Shown here piece after piece: positions 10,804 to 24,400 of a stretch of DNA of 64,000 bases. Location of the stretch: positions 744,001 to 808,000 of the forward strand of contig MCFH01000008.1 of the NCBI GenBank assembly GCA_002104945.1, given 5' to 3'. Both the position numbers and the translations under genes were made by a program. Position 1 is the stretch's first letter. The number at the start of each line of letters is the position of its first letter. The stretch comes from Piromyces finnis finn. Taxonomy: Eukaryota; Fungi; Neocallimastigomycota. The notes beneath the pieces are model-generated. The model had not been told where the DNA came from and did not search any database. It saw only the letters and a list, made by a program, of their open reading frames with translations.

Positions 10804-12735
10804 ATGTTTAAAATGATTTTAAGGAGTAGAAAAAAAAAAGGTTAAAGAAAATATATAAATGTTTTTATAATTTTTTTTTGTTTATTTATATTTTAAAATA
10901 AAAAATAAAAATAAATATCTATTTAAATAGTAGATCAAGAACTAAATAATGAAGTGGAAAATAAAAAAGTATTAAATATCAAAATAAAAAAAAAAATAAA
11001 CAATATAAAACCTAGGATAAAGAAACCGAAAAAAAAAAGAGAACAATCAGAAAGTAAAGAAAGCGAAAGTATAAAAAAAGAAGATAAAAGTGAAAGTGAA
11101 TATGAAGAATATAGTGATAATAATAGTGATAGTGATTATGAAGAAAGCATATCAATAAAAAAGGAGCAATCATCCACACGAAAAAGAAAAAATGTTGAAA
11201 ATAATGATGATAAATATATAAAGGAATACACAAAATTATCAGAAAGCTACTCAAATGAAACTCCTTTATCTATTATTGAAGGTATGATACATATTAATTT
11301 ATATTCTTTCTTTGTTACAATAAGAAAAATTAAAATTTTTGGAAATTACTAACTAAACCATCATAATTGTATACATATATACATACACATACACATATAT
11401 ACCTATAATTTTTATAAATTCATACTATTTACAGTAAGACATAGATTATTTCAAGAAATAATTCCATCAAAGAAAAGACTATTAATGTGTTATTTTAAAA
11501 CTGGACCAGGAGAATATGCAGATGGAGATCAATTTTTAGGGGTGCCTGTTCCTGGTATTAGATCAACCATAAAATATTGTAATTCCCTTGATTTTGAAGA
11601 AATATTTTGGTTGTTAACTTCTTCTTATCATGAAGAGCGAATGCTTGCTTCTTTTTATCTTGTAGAACTATCAAAGAAACTAGTAAAGGAAGAGAATAAA
11701 AGGAAAAAAGATAAAAATCAATATCTTTTGATTTTAAATAATATTAATAATACTTTGAAGAAATATAAATGTAATACCATTCCTGAATTAGTTAATTATT
11801 TTGTATCTAAACCAGGATGTAAACCAGGGGAACGGCAAGGATGGGATGTTTCTGCAATATTTTCAGCAGATAACCGTCAGAAAGAAAAATATGAAAGAAT
11901 TGGAGAATCAAGACCAGTTTTACTAGATGAAGGATATACAATAAAAAATAAATCTAATTTATTGTATGAATATAAATCATATCTTGGGTTTACAGATTCA
12001 TTAAAAATTCAAAAACAAATTTTATTTGAATTTTATGTTGAATGTATGCCATGGATTGATAATTGGGATTTAGTTGATTTGACATGTAGAGATATTATTG
12101 GAAATTTTTTATCGGAGCTTGATGATCAACATATTAAAACCATTTTATATAATTGGGTAACTTATAAGATAAATGATCAAGTAGCAGGATACACAAGACT
12201 ACAAAATAAATTAAAAAAAGGGGTTATTAAAAAAGAGGAATCTTCTTCTTTCTCATTTATTGATAACCTTTCATTAACTACAATATGGACAAAACGTGTC
12301 GCAATAATATGTACCTTTTATTTCATTAACAAATTAGAATTTAAATATACCATTTTTTTATTAGAAACTTTACTAGATTTTTCAAATGAGGAAATTCACG
12401 GACCAAAAAGTCAAAATAGTATATCAGGAAAAAATAAATTTCATGATCTTATTGAGAAAGCATCTGGTTGGATGCTAAGAGAAATAGGCAAAAGGGATGG
12501 ATCTTGTACAGGGAAAGGGTGTAAATGTATCCTTAAGGATGATAAAATAGAAAAAGAAAATAATAATGCAATCACAACATCCTTCGATATATATGCTAAC
12601 AAAAAGAAGACTTTAATTCATTTTTTAAATAAATATGCATGGAAAATGCCAAGAACAATGCTTAGATATAGTATTGAAAAACTTTCAACTTCGGAAAAAT
12701 CAAAATACTTAAATGCTACAGAACCATTCGAATAA
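10804..12735 (+). CDS. AlkD-like DNA alkylation repair enzyme (HEAT-like repeat glycosylase family) with an N-terminal Lys-rich/acidic extension; 3 exons
   Basis: Family motifs YFKTGPGEYADGDQFLGVPVP, HEERMLA, DNWDLVD, DLIEKASGWMLREIGKRD, MPRTMLRYSIEKL. Introns 10841-10930 and 11282-11434 join ATG 10804 and the 10954 ORF in frame to the 11485 ORF (PLSIIE-VRHRLFQEIIPSKKRLLMCYFKTG). Confidence 0.88.
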
Positions 12736-13527
12736 TACCATATAATAACAAATAAAAAGTTTATAAAATTATAATTGAAAATATTTTTTTTCAAAAAACA
12801 ATCGAATGTTTTAATATCAATATATTAAAACCTTTTGTAAAGTTTGAATTTTAATTTTTTGTAATTATTCTTATTATTATATAATGTTTATAAGTTATAA
12901 CATTATAACTTTTCAATTATTTCTTCTATATATAATTTCTTTTTTTTTTTTTTTAGTAATATTATTCTTCAATAGTAAAAAATTGAACAATTATACATTG
13001 TAGTAGTTTAATTATATATATTATATATGCTATTTCTTTTATTGATTATATTATTGTTGTTGCAGTTTTATAAAATTATGATTAACATTTTAATAAATAT
13101 TTTATATTTACATATACATATATAATAATAAATAATAATAATAATAATTATATGAAACATGTATATAAAAATTAAATATTTTCAAGATCACTATTTATAA
13201 AAAATATTCATGTTAAAATAGATTATAAATTGTCTTCAATATTTTAACTATATTCTTTAAATATGTTCTTATAAATTTTTTCGATATGTAGTAATATAAT
13301 ATAGTAATAGTCAAAATTTATTGATTTAAAGTATATATGAATTATGGAAATTATTTTTTCCAATAATTTATTATACAAAGTTAAATCTTTTTTTTTTTTT
13401 TTTTACATAAAAAAAATTTTTTTTATTTATAATACTTTGATTATCTATTTAATGGTTATATCTATAAAGATATTTTATTATAAAATTATTTTTATAATTA
13501 CCTAAAAATAAATCATTCAATTAAGTA

Positions 13528-15402
13528 TTATTGATATATTTTTATTTCAATATTTTTTCCTAAAGCTTTTTCAAGTTTTGATATTATTTTTTTATCTTTA
13601 TAAAGCAAGTGAATTGATTTTATTTTTGTATTATTTTTTAAATATACTAAATTATCAACAATTTTTTTGATAGATATAGAATAGTCTCGATTTGATGATA
13701 AATAAGTTGATTGCCATGAAAGTTGCAATTTTTCCAAATTTGGGAAAGTTTTAGCTATACTTTGAATTGACTTTTCAAAAAATGATTCTATAATTAAAGT
13801 CGTATAATGATTTTGAGAATTAAAATTAATACTATTCCTTCTACTCAATCGATTAAGTAATATATTATTGAAACTACTTTCAAAAGTGTTTGCTATAGAA
13901 CCTACAGATAGAGAAGTATTAGAATGACGGTTATTTCCAGAAATTGAATAACCTTGTACAATATTATTATTATTAAATTCTCTTACTACTGACGAGAGAT
14001 AATTATAGGTATATATCAGAGAAAGTTCAGTTATATTATTACAAATTTTTATAGAATTCCATAATTCAAGATATGGATTTTCAAAATCTAAATGATAGAG
14101 TTTATTAAGAGAATGAATCATTGATATTAAATGCTTTTCATTTGTTTTTGTTAATAGAAGGTGTGGACTGAATGAAAGTTCTTTTATTGATTGAGTTTTT
14201 GATAAAACATTATACAAAAGTTTTAAATTGGAAATTTGGCTAATTGGATTATGTATTGAGAATTTTTGAAGATTTCTTAATTTTACCAAATCACTAAAAA
14301 ATTTTGCTTCAATAACTATATTATCCATTTTTGAAGGATAGTATATCATATTGAGCTTCTTAGCTAATAAATAAAAAATTTTTATTTTATTTTTTTTTTT
14401 TTTGGAAAATGTTAAATGTCCATATTTAAAAAATAATAAATGTAATAAAATTTAATTTAGTATTTAATTTATTTGAAATAGAATTTTATATTTTATAAAT
14501 ATTGGAATATATTTACTTACCCATTAAATTATTAGAATCAAAATTTTCTGTTATAATTTTAGAGAATTTTGATGCCTTAGTAGATTTAAAATTACTAATT
14601 GAATTCAACTCATGGGAAAAAACGTAATTTGATTTAATAGTTAAACTAAGACTTTCTAATTTAGTAAAATTATTACATATATACTTTATTGCTTTACTAT
14701 AATCTCTTAATAGTAAGCTAATAGTTAAATGTTTGATATTTACAGGTATTTCATAAAGAACAGGTAAACTAATTAAACCTGTGTTAATAGATTCAGGAGA
14801 AAAGGGAGAAAGTGAATTAAAGATATCATGCAATTTTGGAAGAAAAACAATATATATAGAAGGGTCAAACCATATTGCTGGTGATTCTACATAAATATGA
14901 ATATTTTTAAATACTGGTATTAAATTACGATTTGATACATCCTTTGCATGACTTAATATTTTCCATTTTTTTTTCAACTTATCTTGAAACAATTCTTTTA
15001 TTTTAAAAGTCCTATTATTTATAGGTACTGTTTTTATCTTATTACCATATCTTATTTTTTTAAACAACAATGGTTGAAATTTAACTTCAGCTTTACATTT
15101 ACCATACAATGTTTCAACATTTTTTTCAATTATTTTTTTTGTATTTTCATTTTGATAGATAGAAATTTCATTTAAAAAATTATAGAGTTGGATAGATGAA
15201 ATATAAAGAGAATTTTGGGAGAAATATTGCTCAAAAAGACTGAAATGAATGGATAAATCAACATTTATTGAATATGATTGAGACAGACAAGCTTTATTCC
15301 AATCTACACACACTAATGGAATTTGACATAATCTTTGTTTTGGGTCTAATGATTTATATATTTTATGTAGAATTTCGGGTGGTAAAATGGAATTATTACA
15401 GC

Positions 15403-15441
<39 letters not shown>

Positions 15442-15472
15442 GTTTATTATTATTATAATTTTTATAAAACAT
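13528..15472 (-). CDS. F-box protein with a probable LRR-like C-terminal region; 2 exons
   Basis: ILPPEILHKIYKSLDPKQRLCQIPLVCVDWNKAC is an F-box consensus. Intron 14364-14520 (GTAAGT...TTAG) joins the two ORFs in frame. LxxLxL-type repeats follow (FTKLESLSL, FPNLEKLQL). Confidence 0.8.
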
Positions 15473-16316
15473 TTTATTATAAAGAAAAAAAACAAAAATA
15501 ACAAATATTATTCAAAGTAGAAATGTTTTTTATATGCTAATATATCATTAACATTAACATAATTATTTATTCATAAAATAAACTTTTAATTATGAAAGGT
15601 TCCAATATTTCCAATAACTTTTATATATTTCTTTATTTTTTATACTTAAAATAGTACGGAAATTTAAATAAACTACTTCAGAACTTTTTTAAGTTTATTT
15701 TTTTTCTGTTAAATGGTGGTTTTAATTTTTTTTATTATATATATATATTTTTTTTTGATTTACTATTAAAGTATGCTCAATTATTATTAAAAATTTAAAA
15801 TTATAATTAACTATTTTATATAAAAGTTAATTATACATTTTATTACTTTAAAAAATATTATATAATAGGTTATTTAGAGATAATTGTCTTTTTTAATAAT
15901 AAGCTATTATATACTTTTATATAAATAATATTCTTTAATGAAATACTTTACCGTAAAATTGATAGCATTTACATTTAAAATTTTTTTAAAATTTTTAATG
16001 TTGTAATATTATTATATATTAATTTAATATATGAAATTGTTGAAAGATAAAAAAGTTTGGATAATAATTATTATCCAATTTTTTATAATTAAAAAAAGTA
16101 TTTTTAAAAAATTTTAAAAAATCTTAAAATTATTCATTTTCTATTATAAACTTTACAAAATTTATCTTTAAAAAATATTTTAATTATTAACAATAAAGAA
16201 ATAAAGAAGCATAAGATTATTTATAATTATAAAATTTGAGGAATCTTCATCTATATAATTTTCGTTTTTAATTATCAAATTTTAATTTTAAAATATAACT
16301 ATTAAAATATCTAAAA

Positions 16317-19243
16317 ATGAAGTCGATAAAATTACATATATGTTATATTTATTTTTTATTAAAATGTTTTATAATATATTCAAATGAAATAATTATAAAT
16401 AATCAAAATTTCATATACTTAAATACTATTCTCATAAATAATGTTGATAATAATTTAACGTTATATTTTATTGAAGATTATTATGATATGTCAACTCTTC
16501 CATATTATTCTATTGATATTACGATGGCATCAAATATTTCACTTATTGGAAATAAAAATGGAACTATTTTTGATTATAAAAATAATTATAAAGGTGCAAT
16601 GTTTTTTAATTTCATAGAAGATAAAACGCAATATAAATTAGAAATGAAAAACTTAATTTTTAAAAATTATGAATATCATGGAAGATTTCAAAGTGGTGTT
16701 CGATGTATTTCTATTTTATCTATTTTTAAAGATTTTCATATAAGTATAAATAATTGTACATTTATAAATGGTAAATCACCATATATTTCATTAATTAATG
16801 ACTTCTTTATTAAAGAAACAGTCACTGAACCTCAAATGAAATTTAACAACTGTAATTTCTTGTATGTTAATATTTATTAATTTTTTTTTATTTATATAAT
16901 TATTTTATATTAATATGATTCTTTTTCTTAATATAAGTAATAATAAAGGGAGAATAATGGAAGTACATCATAAGGAAGAATATAAATATTCTAGTATATA
17001 TAATAATTCCATTATAAAATTTAACGAGTGTAATTTTACTGACAATTCAGGATTAATATATTCTCATAATTCAAAATTCATAAAATAGAAAAATGTAACT
17101 ATAATTAAAAGTTTACATTAAGAAAAATTGAAAAATTTATTGATAAAATAAAAACTTTTTTATAGGTTACTTTTCAAAAATGCAAAGAGGTATAGATCCT
17201 GATAATGATGTTGTATTTTTTTTTCAAAATTCACTATGAATTATTTGGATATAAAAGATTCAATATATGAAGATATTAATGTTAATGGACCTTATACGAT
17301 ATTACAAAGTGATGAATTAATTTTAAAGTAACTTTTAAAATATTTAATATTTATTTATTAGTATATATTATTAATACAGTGATTTGATATTGTTAGAATT
17401 GAAAACACATTATTTTCAAATTGTCACACAGGAAGTGGATACTTATTTAATGTTAAAAATCAATTTCGTAATCAGTATATCCAATTCAAAAATGTTACAT
17501 TCACAAGTATTTATTTTTATAATTCACTCTTATAAAAATTTATATATAAATATAAATATCAATTATATTTCATATTAAATAGATACTTGTACAGTGTTTC
17601 AAGGTGACAATATTAAAATTAATATAATTGATTCAATTTTTAAAAATATTACGTCAAGAAATACTTTGCCGGCATTGATTGATTCGAAATATTCAGTTAT
17701 AAATATAACCAGTTCATTAATTGAAAATTTTGAGTAAGATATAATATATAAAATAGTTAATCTTTTTTTTTTATTAAAAAAAATAAGATATTTAAAATTA
17801 TAACTATATAATATGTTTATATATAGCATTAATAGTGAATTAATTAGAGGAGAATCACAATATTATTTAAAAGATGATATATTTAATAATATAAAAACAA
17901 ATTCAAATTCATTATTATCATTCTTATACAATAGTGTTGAAATTAATAATGTTACAGTAACGGATATACAATGTATTGGAGAATATGGAAATACTTCATT
18001 TATATTATTTAATTCAGGAGAAAATCCCAATAAATTATCAATAAAAAACTCAAATATGCAAAGTAATAAATCGAATGATTCATTCATAAAAATAATCGGG
18101 GATTCTATTGAATTTGTATTAGAAAACTCTATAATTACTAAAATGAAATGTTATGGACCAATAATCGATATTAAATCTAATAATGTAATATATTCTATTT
18201 ATTAAAAACAATCATTTAATAAAACGTATAAAAATATAAAAATATACTAAAGTTATAATTTTCATATATAATAATAATTATATATTTATATATAGTCAAA
18301 TGTTTTAATTTCGGGTTTAAACTATAGTCACAATATAAATTCAAATAAATCTACATGTGGTAATATTCATTTTAGCAATAATCTAAAAGTTTCAATTAAT
18401 AAATCTAATTTTACAACAAATATTTGTAATGGAAATGGTGGCATATTGTAATATAAATTTAATTATGTTAAGAAATTAAAAATTTCCAGAATTTATATTC
18501 ATTTTAATATAATTTATTAATTTATACATTTAGATGTATGGATAATTTAATTTACATGGATCTTTACATAATCTCCAATTTGTTTGAAAATAACAAAGCA
18601 ATAAATGGAGGAGCAATATATTTCGAGGAAAATAAAAATGATATTTCCATTAATGGAAGTGGTAAAATAGAAAATAATACATTTATAAATAATATTGCAG
18701 AAAATTTCGGAGGTGCTATTTATTCAAAGCATAATAAATTGTATTTAGTTGATTCAAATAATAACGAAATCATTAATAATAAGGCTGGTATTAATGGTGC
18801 TGGAATATTTGTTCCATATTCAAAAAAGGCAAATTCATTTAACTTATCAAGTAATATAATAGAGAATAATACAATTAACTCATACAACAATAATTATTCC
18901 TCAAATCCGTCATATATAACATTAAATAATACATATGAAAATATCCCAATAAAAATCATATCAGGTGATTATTTACCATTATGCTTCATATTGTATGATG
19001 AATTTGATATTATTATGATGGATATTACTAAATATTATTCATCAATGTCACTAAAAGTAATTATGGAAGAAAAAAATAAAAATTTCATAGAAGCTGAAAG
19101 TAATAATAATGAAGTAAAATCAGATAAAAATGGAAGCTTTACCATAATAGGAAATGTTTGTTCATTCACAAATGGTAAATATATAATAAATACAAATTTA
19201 AAAATTAAAAAAATATCCCTTTTTATACTATATTTAATAATTT

Positions 19244-19288
<45 letters not shown>

Positions 19289-21040
19289 GGACAATGCGAC
19301 TTAAATAATCTTAGAATATTCGCTAATCCAAATAACTATACCTTGAAAATAAGAATTGATAATTATAATGGTATTTTAAGTTATAAATTTAGCAATATTG
19401 AAATTGAAGTTTTATCATGTAAGTCAAATCAAGTAAAAATGAAAAATAAAAATAAAATTCTTTATTGTGAAAATCCAATTTGCGATGATAAATGTCCAAT
19501 TGGTATATCAGCAATATGTGAAGCATCTAAAGAAGAAAATGTAAATGATTTTAATAAAAATAAATACAAATGTTTAAAAGGATGGCATGGAATTAATTGC
19601 CAAGATAAAGATTATATGAACTTCAGGTAACATTATTAAATTCAATTTAATATTTAATATTTAATATATATTAATTATAAATTTATATTACATAATTATC
19701 ATAGTAAAATAAACAAAGCAATTTATATAATAACAATACCAGTAATAATCATAATTTTTTTCAATATTATTACTATAATATTAAATAAGAAAGAAAAAAT
19801 TATTAAAGATACTGGATATTATAAAATACTGTTTTTTTCAGTCGGATTAATAATATATTTTATTAGTAACTTTTTTATCACATATAGAACTTATTTTAAT
19901 TGCGCACTATATTTTCTGTTTAAACATATTGGAATTTTTACAATATTATGTATTTTTTATATTTATGTTATAATGGGTTCAAAGTTGGGTATTGTTAATA
20001 AACAAGATAATAAATACCTGTTGGTATCATCTAATATATCCTTAGAGAAAAACAAACCTTACAATGTTAATGCAAATAATTATTCATATAACGATCATAA
20101 TGATAATAATAATAATAATGATAATATCGAAGAAATAAATCAACAAATTGAAATAAAATTAAGTATGATAAAATCAAGTAACTCAAATCTTAAAAAGAGT
20201 AAATCAAGTATTGATAAAAAAAATGAAAACAAAATATTAAAAAGAAATATAAAACAAGTTCATTCATTAATTTATGAAATATTATTTATTTATCCTATCT
20301 ATATTGCATCAATAATTACAGTAATTATATTCAAATATTTTAAAAATGAAAACTATAATGATGCAAATATTAATTATTTTAATCAAAATAATGATGGATA
20401 CTGGAGTTACCAATGTCCTTTAAATAAATCAGATTTTGTATACAATTTAATATCATTGTTACTTCTTATTGTTGTGCTATCAAATGGAAAAACCATTATT
20501 AATTATGAATGTATTTTTAAATGTACAAGATATATTACTTACTCGACTTATGTTTTTGTTGTTTTAGGACCATTAATAAATGTATGATAACAATATTATT
20601 AAAACTTTATAAATTATAATATAATCTATTCATAATATTACATAATATTAATTTAGAATATATTTATATAGATTGTAGGATTTGTTATTTTAAATAATCA
20701 AAGATATGAAAGAGTAATCTTTGAAACATTATTAAATACAATTTGTTATATCATTGTTTTTTTATTCTTTTCATGGGATAAATTATATTACATTATTAAA
20801 AAGGAGAAAAAAATAGAAAATTATTTTATTTATAAAAATTATGAAATGTGTTCCCTTCATAAATCATTAACTTGTGGGTGTCAGCTTGAAAAAAAAAATA
20901 ACAATGTAATACCAGTCATAGAAAAATATATTGATTTTTATAAATTTTGTTCTGCAATTGTCGAGAAAAAAAATGGAAAAACAAGACTTGTAAGAGTAGA
21001 ATCTAAAATAAGTATATTTAATGATCATAATGAACAATGA
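16317..21040 (+). CDS. Beta-helix (Pmp/pectin-lyase-like) + EGF-like + class C-like 7TM receptor, copy 1; 11 exons, two apparent frameshifts (possible pseudogene or assembly error)
   Basis: Signal peptide, FxxN/GGAIY repeats, ISGDYLPL.F.LYDEF motif, Cys-rich EGF-like exon (CENPICDDKC...GWHGINC), seven hydrophobic helices. Same intron positions as the other copies. The frame breaks near 17082-17088 and 17216-17224. Confidence 0.8.
19246..19287. repeat. (AAT)14 lying immediately before the 3' AG of an intron of receptor copy 1
   Basis: Read directly; the acceptor AG is at 19288-19289. Confidence 0.9.
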
Positions 21041-21416
21041 GTAATAATTTATATAGTTTATATATTATATATTTAAAAATTAGTTACTATTTTGAATTTT
21101 CACTATTTACTCTTAATTTTATGCTTATTCTTTTTACTTATTCTATTACTGCTACTACTATTACCACTATTACTATTATTATTATTTTTATTATTAAGAA
21201 AAAAATAATAATGCCTAATAAAATATTAAAATAAAGTTTGTAACATTATAAATATTAAAAAAATTAATTTTTAAACTTTATAATATTAAAAAATTGTTTA
21301 ATTTTTTACCTTCAAAGAAACTTTAATTTATTATATATTTTTGTCACTTTCTTTCATATATATAATTAATTGTTTATACTAATTAGTTATATTTATATCC
21401 TATTAATTAATTAAAA

Positions 21417-24400
21417 ATGAAAATAATAAATAAAGTGGTACTATTATTTATTAATTATTTTCTTTTTTCTTTCAAAACAATATATGTCTATTCAAAAGAA
21501 TACATAATAAGAAATGAAAACTTTCCTAGTTTACGTAATATTTTAAATAATTATCAGTCTGATAATGAATTAATTTTACGTTTCGTAGATTCATATTATA
21601 ATATGGAATCATTAAATGATTTCTCTTTGGAAGTAACTCTTACAACGAATATTTCTTTAATTGGCAATGAAAATAGAACAATTTTTGATTATAGAAAAAA
21701 GAACAAAGGTGTTTTTATTTTTTCAATAGATAATGCACATCATATAAAAATGGAAAATATAATTTTTGAAAATTATTCATGTCAAGGATTTGTATTTGGT
21801 ATAAGAATGAATATTAATTCACCTAATTTTAAATTAACAATAAATAATTGTACTTTTAGAAATAATGATCATTCTATGTTCATTTTTGAATTTCTCTATT
21901 CTCAACTTGTTCAAGAAAAAATTCATGTGTCATTTAATAACTGCAGTTTCTAGTACATTGAAAAATATATATAAACATCATTTTTATTTTTAATATTGTA
22001 GTAATTAAAATATATATATTTATTATAGTAAAAATGTAGGAAGATTAATAGAAACTTTTCATAATGAAGAACATCAATATATTGAAATATACAATTCAGC
22101 AGTTGTAAAAATAAATAATTGTAATTTTACTGATAATTATGGAATATTTTATTCTCATAATTCAAAGTTTATCATCGAGAACAGTAAATATCAAATCGAT
22201 TATATTACCTTTTTCGCATTTATTCTATCTATTAATGGCATATTATAAAAAATCTTCTTAATATATTATAATAAAAGGCTATTTTTCGGGTATTCAAAGA
22301 GATATCAATAATTCAGTGGTTTTTTATTTATCGCAATCATCTATGAATCATTTAATTATCAAAAATTCAATATTTGAAAATATTAATGTTAATGGACCAT
22401 ATCCTTTAATTAAGAGTGACCATATAACTCTAGAGTATTATTATATAAATATTTAAAAAAAAATAATAATTATAATATATTAATTATAATTATATAATTA
22501 CTTTTTTAATAAAAACTAGAATTGAAAATACTATTTTTAAAAATTGCTTTACAGATTACGGTTATTTATTTTATATAAACTATAATATGCCTGGACAATT
22601 TATAAAATTTAATAATATTACCCTTACAAGTAATAAATAATATATATTGAAATTTAATCATTATCAATTATATAATTAATTAAATATATATATTTAATAC
22701 TTTATCTTAATCAATAAAAAGACTCAAATACTTTAATAAATGGGAAAAATATTAATATTGATATTTTAAATTCTAAATTTTCCAATATTTTTTCAAAAAA
22801 ATCTATTCCAATAATAACAGATGCTAAATATTCGTTTATTAATATATTAAATACAACATTTTCAGATTTAAAGTATTAATGTTATAATATTTTTAATACT
22901 ATTAATAAAATATTCTAATTTATAACTTATATATATATAAAATAGTTTGATTAGTGAATTGATTGATGGAGAATCTAAATATACATTAGATAACATTAAA
23001 TTTTCAAATATAACAACAAATTCTAAATTTTTATTACATTTTATGTACAACGATATATTTATTAATAATATTGAGGTTGAAAATATATCTTGTATTGGAG
23101 AAGCGGGTAACACTTCATTTATATTATTTGATTCTGGAGAAAAAAATTGTATTCTAACAATAAAAAATTCAATTATGAAAAATAATTACTCTAACGGGTC
23201 ATTTATCCGTATTGTTGGTGATTCTACTAAGTTGTTTATTGAAAATACTATATTTCATGAAATTGAATCATATGGTTCAATAATTGAAAATCAATCGAAA
23301 TTAGTAACATTATTATATAATTGATTAATATGTATATATATATATATTAATTATATTATTTATTTAATTATATATATATTAAAAAGACAAAACTTTCAAT
23401 ATCGGATTTAAAATTTACTAAAAATACAAACAGAAATAAATTTGGATGTGGAATTTTGTATCTATGTAATGATGTAGATATTTCAATAATAAGCTCTGAG
23501 TTCAATAATAATATTAGTAAAAATAATGGAGGAGCAATGTAAAAATTACAAATAATTGATTATATGCCTTTATATTAATTTTACAAAATAATAATAATAA
23601 TACTATTTATTATAAATATACGCGTTTATATAAAATATCTAATTGCTTATTACAGATGCTTATATGATTTAAAAAAATTATTACTAAATTTAAATTCTAA
23701 TGTATTTTCCGATAATCAAGCAATGAATGGAGGCGCATTATATATAAAAGACAATTCTGATTTTAATGTAACTAATGAAAATTTTTATTTTACAATGAAT
23801 AATAATTCATTCAATAATAATATTGCTGAAAATTTTGGTGGAGCGGTTGTAACAGAGTTCAAAAATAAGTATAATAATGTAATTATAAAAAATAACATTT
23901 TCATACACAATAAAGCAGGAATTATGGGAGGAGGACTATTTTCACATAACTTATATAATAAATCATTTTTGTCAATTAATAATAAATTTGTTAATAATAC
24001 AGTAAATTCATATTTAGATGATTATTCATCTTCACCTTCATATGTTATGATTGATTCAAACTTTCCTAATAACAAAAAAAAACTTATTTCCGGAGATTAT
24101 TTGCCGTTATCATTTTCATTATATGATGAATTTGATAAAGCTATCATTGATGTTTCAAAATATTATTCATCATTGGCATTAAAAATAACTTTTAATGAAA
24201 TTAATAGTATAAATAATATAGATATTAATGATGATAAAAATTATAATTTAATTGGAAATACTGGATCTTTTTCAAATGGTAAAGTAAATGATACTATGTA
24301 AAATTTAGATTTATTTTATTTACATAAAAATTAATATTTATGCTAAAAAAATAAACAATATTAATAATATAATAGGACACTGTGAATTAAATAATTTTAG

